A stretch of DNA of 64,000 bases from Thermodesulfobacteriota bacterium. Its GTDB lineage: Bacteria > Desulfobacterota > Desulfobulbia > Desulfobulbales > JAGXFP01. Position numbers and translations under genes: made by a program. The stretch spans positions 42,178 to 106,177 of the forward strand of contig JBDLJC010000003.1 of NCBI GenBank assembly GCA_039714535.1, given 5' to 3'. Positions 56,694-64,000 of the stretch are shown piece after piece (position 1 is the first letter of the stretch; each line of letters starts with the position of its first letter). The notes beneath the pieces are model-generated. The model saw only the letters and a program-made list of their open reading frames with translations, had not been told where the DNA came from and did not search any database.

Positions 56694-56791
56694 TAGGAAC
56701 CAGCCAATAAATTATCCTTAGGATTTATAAAATAACTTAAACGACCTAATCTTAAATTAAAGAACCATACCCCCTGTAAAATATAAATATT

Positions 56792-58690
56792 ATGACCGAT
56801 GACAATTCAATTCTAGAATCCATTAATTCCCCCCAAGACCTCAAAAAGCTGCCGGTAAAAGACTTGCCGGTTCTCGCTAACGAGATTCGCCGGGAAATCA
56901 TAACTACCTGTGCCAAAACCGGTGGGCACCTGGGTCCCTGCCTGGGTGTAGTCGAACTGACCATCGCCCTGCATTATGTTTTCGACACCCCGGATGACAA
57001 ACTCATCTGGGATGTCGGCCACCAGGCATACGCCCATAAATTATTAACCGGCAGAAGGGAAAACTTCCACACCCTGCGACAATACAAAGGGATAAGCGGT
57101 TTTCCTAAAAGGGAAGAAAGCCCCTACGATGCCTTTGATACCGGACATAGCAGCACTTCCATCTCAGCAAGTCTCGGTATTGCCCTGGCCCAATCATTGA
57201 AAGGCGATCCCCACCGTTCAATCGCGGTGATTGGCGATGGCTCCATGACCGGCGGCATGGCCTTCGAAGCATTAAATCAGGCCGGTCATCTGGACAAGAA
57301 TCTGATCGTCATTCTCAATGATAATGAGATGTCGATCTCACCCAATGTCGGGGCTATTTCCAGCTTTATGAGCCGCAAAATGACGGGTAAGACTGTTTCC
57401 CGATTCAAGCGGGAAACAGAAACTTTTTTAAAGTCATTCTCCAATGTCGGCGAGAACATCTTCAATGTCCTGAAAAGAAGCGAGGAAAGCTTCAAGGCCT
57501 TCTTTACCCCCGGCATGCTGTTTGAGGCCTTTAAATTTGAGTATATCGGGCCTATTCAGGGTCATCAGGTTGAGAGCCTGATCGAAACCATGCAGAATGT
57601 CAGGGCTTTCAGCAAGGGTCCGGTTCTCATTCATGTGCTCACAACCAAGGGCAAGGGCTATGCCCCGGCCGAAGAAAATCCTGATCAATACCACGGCGTC
57701 GCCCCCTTTGAGATCTTGTCCGGCCAACCGGTCCCCGTTCCACCCGCACCGGTCTCCTACACAAAGGTTTTTGGTGATACCATTGTCAAGATGGCCGAGG
57801 ACGATCCTCGCATTGCCGCAATTACCGCCGCCATGCCGGCCGGCACCGGCTTAAACCGATTTGCTGAACTCTTTCCGGACCGTTTTTTTGATGTCGGAAT
57901 TGCCGAACAACATGCTGTTACCTTTGCTGCGGGCCTCGCCACAGAAGGCATCATGCCAATAGTGGCTATTTATTCGACATTCATGCAACGAGCCCTTGAC
58001 CAGATCATCCATGATGTCTGTTTGCAGAATCTGCCAGTGACCTTCGCCATTGACCGCGGCGGGATCGTCGGTGACGATGGACCAACCCACCACGGTGTCT
58101 TTGACCTATCGTTCCTGCGTTTCATTCCCAATCTGGTCCTGATGGCCCCCAAAGATGAAAGAGAGTTGCAAAACATGCTCTACTCGGCCATTCGATACCC
58201 AGGCCCGGTGGCTATCCGCTATCCAAGAGGCTCCGGTATCGGCTGTGATCTAACTGGTTCTTTTGAGAAACTGCCTTTGGGCAAAGGAGAACTACTCAGG
58301 GAAGGCAAGGATGTTCTGATTCTGCCGGTCGGCAATCGAGTCCACCCTGCCCTGGCGGCTGCCGAAGAGTTACAGAAGCTTGGGGTTGAAGCTGCAGTTA
58401 TTAATCCCAGATTCATCTCCCCCCTTGACGGAGACCTGATCGGCGAATGGGCAGTAAAAACAGGCCTGGTTGTAACGGTGGAGGATAACGCGAAGAAAGG
58501 CGGCTTCGGTAGTGGTGTACTGGAACTCTTAGCCGATCGAGGTCATCTCAACCATGTCAAAGTCACAACTTTGGGCTTACCTGATCATTTCGTGGAACAT
58601 GGCCCCCAGGAAACACTCCACAAAAACGGTAGGATAGACACTCCGGCCATAACCCAGGCAGTTCTCGATTTGATCGCCGACAAGCAGTAA
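56792..58690 (+). CDS. dxs: 1-deoxy-D-xylulose-5-phosphate synthase
   Basis: 632 aa with the motifs [29 protein letters not shown] and [15 protein letters not shown]. Confidence 0.95.
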   Translation: MTDDNSILESINSPQDLKKLPVKDLPVLANEIRREIITTCAKTGGHLGPCLGVVELTIALHYVFDTPDDKLIWDVGHQAYAHKLLTGRRENFHTLRQYKGISGFPKREESPYDAFDTGHSSTSISASLGIALAQSLKGDPHRSIAVIGDGSMTGGMAFEALNQAGHLDKNLIVILNDNEMSISPNVGAISSFMSRKMTGKTVSRFKRETETFLKSFSNVGENIFNVLKRSEESFKAFFTPGMLFEAFKFEYIGPIQGHQVESLIETMQNVRAFSKGPVLIHVLTTKGKGYAPAEENPDQYHGVAPFEILSGQPVPVPPAPVSYTKVFGDTIVKMAEDDPRIAAITAAMPAGTGLNRFAELFPDRFFDVGIAEQHAVTFAAGLATEGIMPIVAIYSTFMQRALDQIIHDVCLQNLPVTFAIDRGGIVGDDGPTHHGVFDLSFLRFIPNLVLMAPKDERELQNMLYSAIRYPGPVAIRYPRGSGIGCDLTGSFEKLPLGKGELLREGKDVLILPVGNRVHPALAAAEELQKLGVEAAVINPRFISPLDGDLIGEWAVKTGLVVTVEDNAKKGGFGSGVLELLADRGHLNHVKVTTLGLPDHFVEHGPQETLHKNGRIDTPAITQAVLDLIADKQ

Positions 58691-58792
58691 CTCAACTTTC
58701 CCAGTTGCATTAACAACTGGGAATCACGAGATTTTTCACACTAGAGAGACGGTCCTATTCCTTTGCTATTCAGAATGCAGGAATCAGAAGTC

Positions 58793-58821
58793 AGGTAAGC
58801 GAGCCCGAGGTCTTCGCTTAC
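58793..58821. repeat. Dispersed intergenic motif, inverted pair forming a 9-bp hairpin (GGTAAGCGA...TCGCTTACC)
   Basis: Lies between the convergent dxs and skp genes. The minus strand reads GGTAAGCGAAGACCTCG, and the plus strand continues with AGACTCCGGG after the hairpin. Confidence 0.5.
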
Positions 58822-58979
58822 CTACGAGACTCCGGGAGAAAGGAGGGGAAAACAGTTTTTCTAACTCATGAAGACTGTCTCCTGATCTCCTCAAGAAATG
58901 AATAGAGGGTTACAATAGTTAGAAAACACCAGGAACTTAACAACATATCTTAAGTGGGAAAGTTGAATCAGTAAGCAGG

Positions 58980-59026
58980 GCAAAAAAAACCGGCAAAATT
59001 CCTTACGAACAGAACTTTGCCGGTTT
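58980..59026 (-). terminator. Intrinsic terminator downstream of skp
   Basis: 11-bp stem (AAACCGGCAAA / TTTGCCGGTTT, 58987-58997 and 59016-59026). On the minus strand it is followed directly by TTTTTTTT. Confidence 0.65.
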
Positions 59027-59049
59027 CAGCGCTACTATTTTTTAAGACA

Positions 59050-59586
59050 TCAATTCTTCGCGGAGTGGATCTTATCCAGCTCCTGCGCCAAATCATTACT
59101 GATATCAATTGATTCATCCTGGTACAGGACGCCTCTGCTAGTGTCAAGAATAAGAGAATATCCCTTCTTCTTACCGTACTCTTCGATAATTGTCTCAAGC
59201 TCTTTAAGAATCGGTCCGACCTGCTGTTGTTCAAACTCCTTCATATCATTTGAAGCAAATTGAGATTCTTCTTCCAGGTCCTGGACACTTCGCTTGAATT
59301 CCCGCTCTTTTTTGGTCTTGACTGCCTCACTCCAGGCGGAAGACTTCTTTTCGATCTCTGCCTTAAGCGCCATCAAAGATTCTTCCTGCTTTCGCAGTTT
59401 ATCCTGATAAGTGTCAAACTTCTTTGTTACAGAAGTTTTGACAGCCTGACCTGTTTTAGAAATAGCCAGAACCTTCTGCAAATTCATGGTACCAATCTTA
59501 CCAGACTCACTTGACCAACCAAGCTGGGCTGAAAACAATAAAAAGGTGAGACAAAAAACAAATATGGACAACAGCTTTTTCGACAT
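59050..59586 (-). CDS. skp: OmpH/Skp-family periplasmic chaperone
   Basis: 178 aa with a signal peptide and a long charged coiled-coil region (KFDTYQDKLRKQEESLMALKAEIEKK). Confidence 0.78.
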   Translation of the reverse strand: MSKKLLSIFVFCLTFLLFSAQLGWSSESGKIGTMNLQKVLAISKTGQAVKTSVTKKFDTYQDKLRKQEESLMALKAEIEKKSSAWSEAVKTKKEREFKRSVQDLEEESQFASNDMKEFEQQQVGPILKELETIIEEYGKKKGYSLILDTSRGVLYQDESIDISNDLAQELDKIHSAKN

Positions 59587-59614
59587 AATATTTCTCCTGT
59601 ATTAAAAAAGTACC

Positions 59615-59661
59615 CAAAAAAATCATAAAAAACCGGGATAAGCTCTTCCCTTAACCCGGTT
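59615..59661 (-). terminator. Intrinsic terminator downstream of pal
   Basis: 7-bp stem (AACCGGG / CCCGGTT, 59631-59637 and 59655-59661). On the minus strand it is followed by TTTTTATGATTTTTTT. Confidence 0.5.
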
Positions 59662-59693
59662 CTTACAAATCTTATTTCAAGCGCGACTAGATG

Positions 59694-60275
59694 TTATTCT
59701 ACAATAACAAAATCATCACGCCGGTTCTGAGACCATGACAATTCGTCATGCCCGAAATTCAAGGACCTCTCCTCACCATAACTAATCGTGTCAAGGCGGG
59801 ATCCTGCAACTCCGAGATTAACCAAATACTGTTGGCCGCTCAGCGCCCTTCTCTGGCCCAGGGCCATGTTATATTCGTTGGTGCCACGCTCATCGCAGTT
59901 GCCTTCGATCCGCACCCTCACCCCGGGGTTATTTTTCAGAAATTCGGCGTTTTTCTCAACCCGTTCAACCTGATCACTGCGAATCATGGATTTATCAAAA
60001 TCGAAGTACAGTGGAAAAAGACCAGCGGAAGTCCTGCCCTCTGGTGGTTCAACATCAGCGACAACCTCTGTTTCAAGTAACTCCGCACTGCCCATGCCTT
60101 CATCGACCTCTTGAACTTCAGCGGGTTCCACTTCAACAGCAGCAACTTCTTCCACCTGGGCAACATCTTCTTGCTCAACCATAGCAACAGGCTTTTTGAC
60201 GCACGCAGGCATGCTAGCGAAAAGTAAAGCCACCATCACTAAAACAACAAAATGACTACGATTATTAATCCTCAT
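59694..60275 (-). CDS. pal: Peptidoglycan-associated lipoprotein (OmpA-family C-terminal domain)
   Basis: The start is ATG 60275, with AAGGAG upstream. The lipobox-like sequence is LFASMPAC. The OmpA-like domain includes FDFDKSMIR...IEGNCDERGTNEYNMALGQRRA. Confidence 0.8.
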   Translation of the reverse strand: MRINNRSHFVVLVMVALLFASMPACVKKPVAMVEQEDVAQVEEVAAVEVEPAEVQEVDEGMGSAELLETEVVADVEPPEGRTSAGLFPLYFDFDKSMIRSDQVERVEKNAEFLKNNPGVRVRIEGNCDERGTNEYNMALGQRRALSGQQYLVNLGVAGSRLDTISYGEERSLNFGHDELSWSQNRRDDFVIVE

Positions 60276-60549
60276 TTCCCCATTCTCCTTTTTGAGAGTA
60301 AAGATAATTAAACTAATGAATACATTTAGTGATACGATAAAATGCAACTCACAAAATATGCTTACGTCAAAACGCAAAAGAAAGTCAAATGGAAATCAAT
60401 ATCAACTTTCTGTTAGATGACCCTAAAGAAATACTAAGCAAAATTCAATGTTTTTTTCAAATTAGATCTCATAAAGTTACTTGCCATTATCTGGCAAAAC
60501 TGCTTATTGATAAAAGGATCAGCATATTTTCGGGAACTTAACAGTAAAT

Positions 60550-62760
60550 ATGAAAAAACCAAGCTCCACATTTATTGATAAAGACCAAATCCTGCACGAC
60601 ATGGTTTCGACCAACCGCTGGGGAACCTATTTCGGCATTTCTCAAAAAGTGCTGGATCAAGTCTGGAGCAATCTCACGGCCCCAACTGGCAATTCGGTGA
60701 CCTACATCTCTATGGAGATCGCAGCAGACCGGGACGTTTTTCATCCAATCAAGTCCCGGTTGCTTGAACTTGATATTACCGGCAGCACCGATCCGGTTCT
60801 TAATGATTTCACCAAGAGTTTCCTCTTTGGCCCCGCCAAAATCCCCAACTATGGCGGTGGTCTGGGGGTGCTGGCTGGTGACACCTTGAAGAGTTTTGCC
60901 GATTGCAAAGTACCGGTTGTCGCGATCTCTTTACTTTACCGGCAAGGGTACTTCTCCCAGATGGTTGATTCCCAGATAGGGCAAATATCCTGGTCAAGCA
61001 GCTGGGATCCGGGGACAACCCCTTCAATCTACGCACTCCACCAGGCAGATGCTCCCCAAACCAGTCTGCAGATCAAAGTCCCTTTCTACGATCAACAAGA
61101 CCGGGTTGTCAACGCCTACGCGAAATTGTGGCTGAAGATGGAGGTGAATAGTCAGCTGGATTATTTTGTCCCCCACATCCTCCTTGACTACCATACCGAA
61201 GAATCACCCGAATGGATAAGGGAAGCGGCGCAGAATCTCTATGACAGCAGCTCGGAGAGAACAAAGATAACCCAACGGCGAATGCTGGGCGCCGGGGTAA
61301 TTCCCGCGCTGAATGCCCTCGGAATCACCTCACGGACCATCCATCTTAATGAGCAACATGGCGTAGCGGTAATTCTGACCCAAATTGTCGACAAATTGCG
61401 GCGTAAATACGGAGACAGATATTATCAAAAAGCCATCGATCACGATATTATTGAAGCCGCTGCCGAGGTGGCCAAAAGCATCGTCTATACGATTCACACT
61501 CCGGTGAAGGCTGGTCATGATCGTTTCGACAAAGAGCTGCATCGGGCGATTGGCCACTCCTTTTGTCAACGCATCCTCCATCTTCTTGCTGAAGATAGTG
61601 ATAATCGTGCCGCTTTTAATTTTACTTCGCTGGCCATGCGAGTCAACCGGGCCACCAATGCTGTAAGCCGCCTGCACAAGGAAGTAACCAAACAGCAATT
61701 TCCTGAATTTGCTGAGAAGATTTCGGCAATTACCAACGGGGTCCACCACATTACCTGGATAAGTGATGCCAAGGCGGAATTATATGACAACACCCTAGAA
61801 CTTGATAACTGGCGACAAGATCCAAGTGTTTTCAAAAACGCTGTCTCCCTGAAAACCAATAAAAGGTTCAGGGTTTTTCTGGAGAGAGCGTGGCAAAAAG
61901 ACAATTTACAACTAATCTCCTACGTTAACAACATGCTTGCCACCCACCGCACGATGATGCAAGAGACCTGGATTGATCCCCCTAATTTCCTCTCCAACCT
62001 TGACGACGAGAAAGCCTGCCTACGACCAGACACATTTACCATTGGTTTTGCCCGAAGGTTCTCCACCTATAAAAGGGCCGACCTCATTTTTGAGGATATT
62101 GAAGAGCTGCTGAAACCAGTCCTCAAGAAAAATTGGTCGGTCAACTTCATCTTTGCCGGCAAAGCCCATCCTGCCGATGAGCCAGGCAAGGCCTTGATAA
62201 AAATGGTTATCGATGTTCAGGAAGAGCTTTTCCACAAAAGTAACGGTCTCGTTAAACTGGTATTTATCCCCGGTTATGATATGGCAATCGCCAAAATGAT
62301 GGTGGCCGGTGTCCATTGTTGGCTAAACAGCCCCAAACGCCCGCTTGAGGCCAGCGGCACCAGCGGTATGAAAGCGGCCTTAAATGGCGTACCCAATATC
62401 AGCATCATTGATGGCTGGTGGGGCGAGGGATACCATGAGGGTGCGACCGGCTGGAAATTCGGTTATGAAGAACCGGTGAACTCAAGCAATATAAGCGAAA
62501 ACCGCTCCGAATTACTTTACGAGGAAGATTCCGCTGCATTTTACAAGATCTTCCCTGAAATCATGGCTGACTTTTATGGTCCTGAAAAGTTCGCCCCTTT
62601 CATTGACAAAGCGATTATGAATATCGCCCTGAACAATCCCCGTTTCAACACCCACAGAATGACGGCCGAATATCTGTCACGCTACAATCTTGATCTTCCC
62701 GGGCCGCTCACCAGGAGAATGGCTAAATTAAAAGAAAATTACGACAGCGACTCAGAATAA
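60550..62760 (+). CDS. glgP: Alpha-glucan phosphorylase (GT35, alpha-glucan family phosphorylase)
   Basis: 736 aa with the motifs GGGLGVLAGD and EASGTSGMKAALNGVPN (PLP-Lys region). Confidence 0.85.
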   Translation: MKKPSSTFIDKDQILHDMVSTNRWGTYFGISQKVLDQVWSNLTAPTGNSVTYISMEIAADRDVFHPIKSRLLELDITGSTDPVLNDFTKSFLFGPAKIPNYGGGLGVLAGDTLKSFADCKVPVVAISLLYRQGYFSQMVDSQIGQISWSSSWDPGTTPSIYALHQADAPQTSLQIKVPFYDQQDRVVNAYAKLWLKMEVNSQLDYFVPHILLDYHTEESPEWIREAAQNLYDSSSERTKITQRRMLGAGVIPALNALGITSRTIHLNEQHGVAVILTQIVDKLRRKYGDRYYQKAIDHDIIEAAAEVAKSIVYTIHTPVKAGHDRFDKELHRAIGHSFCQRILHLLAEDSDNRAAFNFTSLAMRVNRATNAVSRLHKEVTKQQFPEFAEKISAITNGVHHITWISDAKAELYDNTLELDNWRQDPSVFKNAVSLKTNKRFRVFLERAWQKDNLQLISYVNNMLATHRTMMQETWIDPPNFLSNLDDEKACLRPDTFTIGFARRFSTYKRADLIFEDIEELLKPVLKKNWSVNFIFAGKAHPADEPGKALIKMVIDVQEELFHKSNGLVKLVFIPGYDMAIAKMMVAGVHCWLNSPKRPLEASGTSGMKAALNGVPNISIIDGWWGEGYHEGATGWKFGYEEPVNSSNISENRSELLYEEDSAAFYKIFPEIMADFYGPEKFAPFIDKAIMNIALNNPRFNTHRMTAEYLSRYNLDLPGPLTRRMAKLKENYDSDSE

Positions 62761-62798
62761 TTTGCTCGTCCTAGATTAAAAAAATATTGGAGAGAGAA

Positions 62799-63086
62799 AT
62801 GGCTGAAACGATTGATGAAATAACAATAAATTACGAAGAAGATGGCATTCAGGTGGTTAAGGAGCTTGAAAAGGAGGTCCTGACAAAAGGGGCCTGGTCA
62901 ACAATTATCTTCAAGTACCAGCAATGGGAAAAAGGCAAGAATAAATATAGCGAAGATAAATACACTATCCGCCGTTACCGCAAAATGAAAGGCGCCTATT
63001 CTCCCCAATCAAAATTCAATATCTCCGGAAAGAAACAGGCTGCCCAGCTAGCCGAGATCTTGGAAAAATGGTCCAAAGAGAGCTAA
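62799..63086 (+). CDS. Small hypothetical protein
   Basis: 95-aa ORF starting at ATG 62799, preceded by GGAGAGAG. The product is Lys/Glu-rich with no motif I recognise. Confidence 0.45.
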   Translation: MAETIDEITINYEEDGIQVVKELEKEVLTKGAWSTIIFKYQQWEKGKNKYSEDKYTIRRYRKMKGAYSPQSKFNISGKKQAAQLAEILEKWSKES

Positions 63087-63154
63087 GGCTGGATTAATAT
63101 GTAAATTTTGTGGTAGAAATTCAAGTATATACCGAACTACGTGGAGATAAACCT

Positions 63155-63370
63155 TTGAAGATAACTATCGAATACTGCGCCGCATGAAACTATCTTCCCC
63201 GTGCTTCCAGTTTGGAAGAAGATATAAAAAAAAGCTTTGATTTGGAGGTTGAACTTATTGCCGGTTCAGGCGGGGTTTTTAATGTCTCTATGGATAGCGA
63301 AGAAATATTCTCTAAACGGAAAGAGGGGCGCTTCCCGGAACCAGCAGAGATACTAGCCAAACTCAAATAA
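63155..63370 (+). CDS. SelW/Rdx-family selenoprotein with in-frame UGA (Sec) at 63185-63187
   Basis: It is absent from the ORF track because of the TGA. TTG 63155 has GGAG 8 nt upstream. The translation is (M)KITIEYCAAUNYLPRASSLEEDIKKSFDLEVELIAGSGGVFNVSMDSEEIFSKRKEGRFPEPAEILAKLK. It carries the CxxU redox motif, the GSGGVFxV motif and the IFSK..GRFPE motif typical of the Rdx fold. Confidence 0.8.
63192..63223 (+). promoter_or_regulatory. SECIS-like hairpin immediately downstream of the UGA
   Basis: ATCTT[CCCCGTG bulge]CTTCC-AGTTT-GGAAGAAGAT. The inner 5 bp (63204-63208 with 63214-63218) stack on an outer 5 bp (63192-63196 with 63219-63223). The hairpin starts 5 nt after the UGA. Confidence 0.5.
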
Positions 63371-63455
63371 AATTTACAACAGATCCTGACTTAAATGTAA
63401 AACAAGATTGCAACTATCCAGCGTAATGCCCCAACCTGGAGGGGAAACACCCAAA

Positions 63456-63602
63456 TGTAACTGTTCAGCAGCGCCGCTTCGCTGCTGCTCCAGATGTGTA
63501 CGCCCACTGGTAGTGCCCTTAGGGTATATGCATATGCGAGACAGCCTGATCGTGCACAGGTAAGCGTAGACTCTCCGGATGGAGAGCTGCTGAACAGTTA
63601 CA
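63456..63602. repeat. 147-bp element bounded by 17-bp perfect inverted repeats (structured RNA leader or MITE-like element)
   Basis: TGTAACTGTTCAGCAGC (63456-63472) is the exact reverse complement of GCTGCTGAACAGTTACA (63586-63602). The interior contains a competing local hairpin, CAGCAGC-GCCGCTTC-GCTGCTG, and a CTCTCC-GGAT-GGAGAG hairpin. Confidence 0.6.
63559..63573 (+). repeat. Dispersed intergenic motif copy (GGTAAGCGTAGACTC)
   Basis: Lies inside the inverted-repeat-bounded element upstream of the FHA gene. Confidence 0.45.
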
Positions 63603-63644
63603 CAAGATTCAAATTTACATCTCATCCAACAAGCAGTGGAACAC

Positions 63645-64000
63645 ATGCCAGAACATTCCAAACAAGCTCTTCTCCAAGAACTTAATCCTGAAGGATCTCC
63701 GGGAAACAACTGGAATCTCACAGGAAAGAACAACTTTACGATAGGGCGCGAAGCAACTAACGAAATTATTTTGCCGTATTCATGGATATCACGCAAACAT
63801 ACGATGATCCAGCGGAAAAGCGGCGGTATCTTTCACATAATAGATCTTGGCAGCTCCAACGGCACTTACCTGAACAACAAGAGAATCCACGCACCAGCTA
63901 TTCTCAACAACGGCGATCTGATCACCCTGGGTAAAACGACTATAAAATTTATCCAGTACATGGAAAATAGCGATTACGATAAAGGTGAATCAGAACTGAC
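63645..64000 (+). CDS. FHA domain protein (3' end beyond window)
   Basis: It is absent from the ORF track because the frame stays open to the window edge. The translation is MPEHSKQALLQELNPEG...FTIGREATNEIILPYSWISRKHTMIQRKSGGIFHIIDLGSSNGTYLNNKRI...GDLITLGKTTIKF. This matches the FHA signature (GR...ISR.H...DL.S.NGT.LN). Confidence 0.8.
   Translation, partial: MPEHSKQALLQELNPEGSPGNNWNLTGKNNFTIGREATNEIILPYSWISRKHTMIQRKSGGIFHIIDLGSSNGTYLNNKRIHAPAILNNGDLITLGKTTIKFIQYMENSDYDKGESEL

Noticed and set aside
63374-63796. 140-aa minus-strand ORF and 63-aa plus-strand ORF (63494-63685)
   Set aside because: Both overlap the inverted-repeat element and the 5' end of the well-supported FHA gene. Neither has an SD, a motif or a coherent composition. 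The region is better explained as non-coding structure plus the FHA CDS.

Overview
This 64-kb chromosomal segment has gene content consistent with a Desulfobacterota-like (deltaproteobacterial) anaerobe. That placement is an inference from the futalosine mqnB/mqnD genes, a COG1900 homocysteine-synthesis gene and a UGA-encoded selenoprotein; there is no rRNA gene to confirm it. Two housekeeping blocks flank a roughly 28-kb accessory block. The first (1-14.3 kb) carries a Rieske protein gene, coaD, rsmD, asd, leuA, pssA, psd, ilvNB, mqnDB, panDC, xseA and tRNA-Pro. The second (43-64 kb) carries hup, larE-like, COG1900, CBS, pheA, moaA, tsaD, rsmA, hslUV, xerC, xseB-ispA-dxs, skp, pal, glgP, a SelW-like gene and an FHA gene. 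The accessory block (14.3-42.5 kb) is the main point of interest. It holds seven co-directional minus-strand genes whose products all begin with Sec-type signal peptides. Three are giant mosaic proteins of 4,664 aa, about 1,773 aa and 1,156 aa. The others are a PBP4-like peptidase, a cysteine-less tandem rhodanese, and a small protein ending in a dockerin-like module. The dockerin gene sits directly upstream of the 1,773-aa gene, whose first mature domain looks like a cohesin. The block is bordered by tRNA-Pro plus a decayed tyrosine-recombinase gene on one side and by AT-rich, apparently decayed ORFs on the other. Inside it are near-perfect internal repeats: 276-bp tandem units and a 707-bp perfect duplication. 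There is also an abrupt drop in G+C at the 3' end of the giant gene, which continues into a small downstream ORF. Outside the block, three things stand out. An unannotated SelW/Rdx-type selenoprotein gene has an in-frame TGA and a downstream hairpin. A 147-bp element is bounded by 17-bp perfect inverted repeats. A short motif (GGTAAGCGAAGACYCCG-like) recurs in at least five intergenic regions. All functional calls rest on motif recognition by eye in the supplied translations. No database searches, structure predictions or statistics were run.
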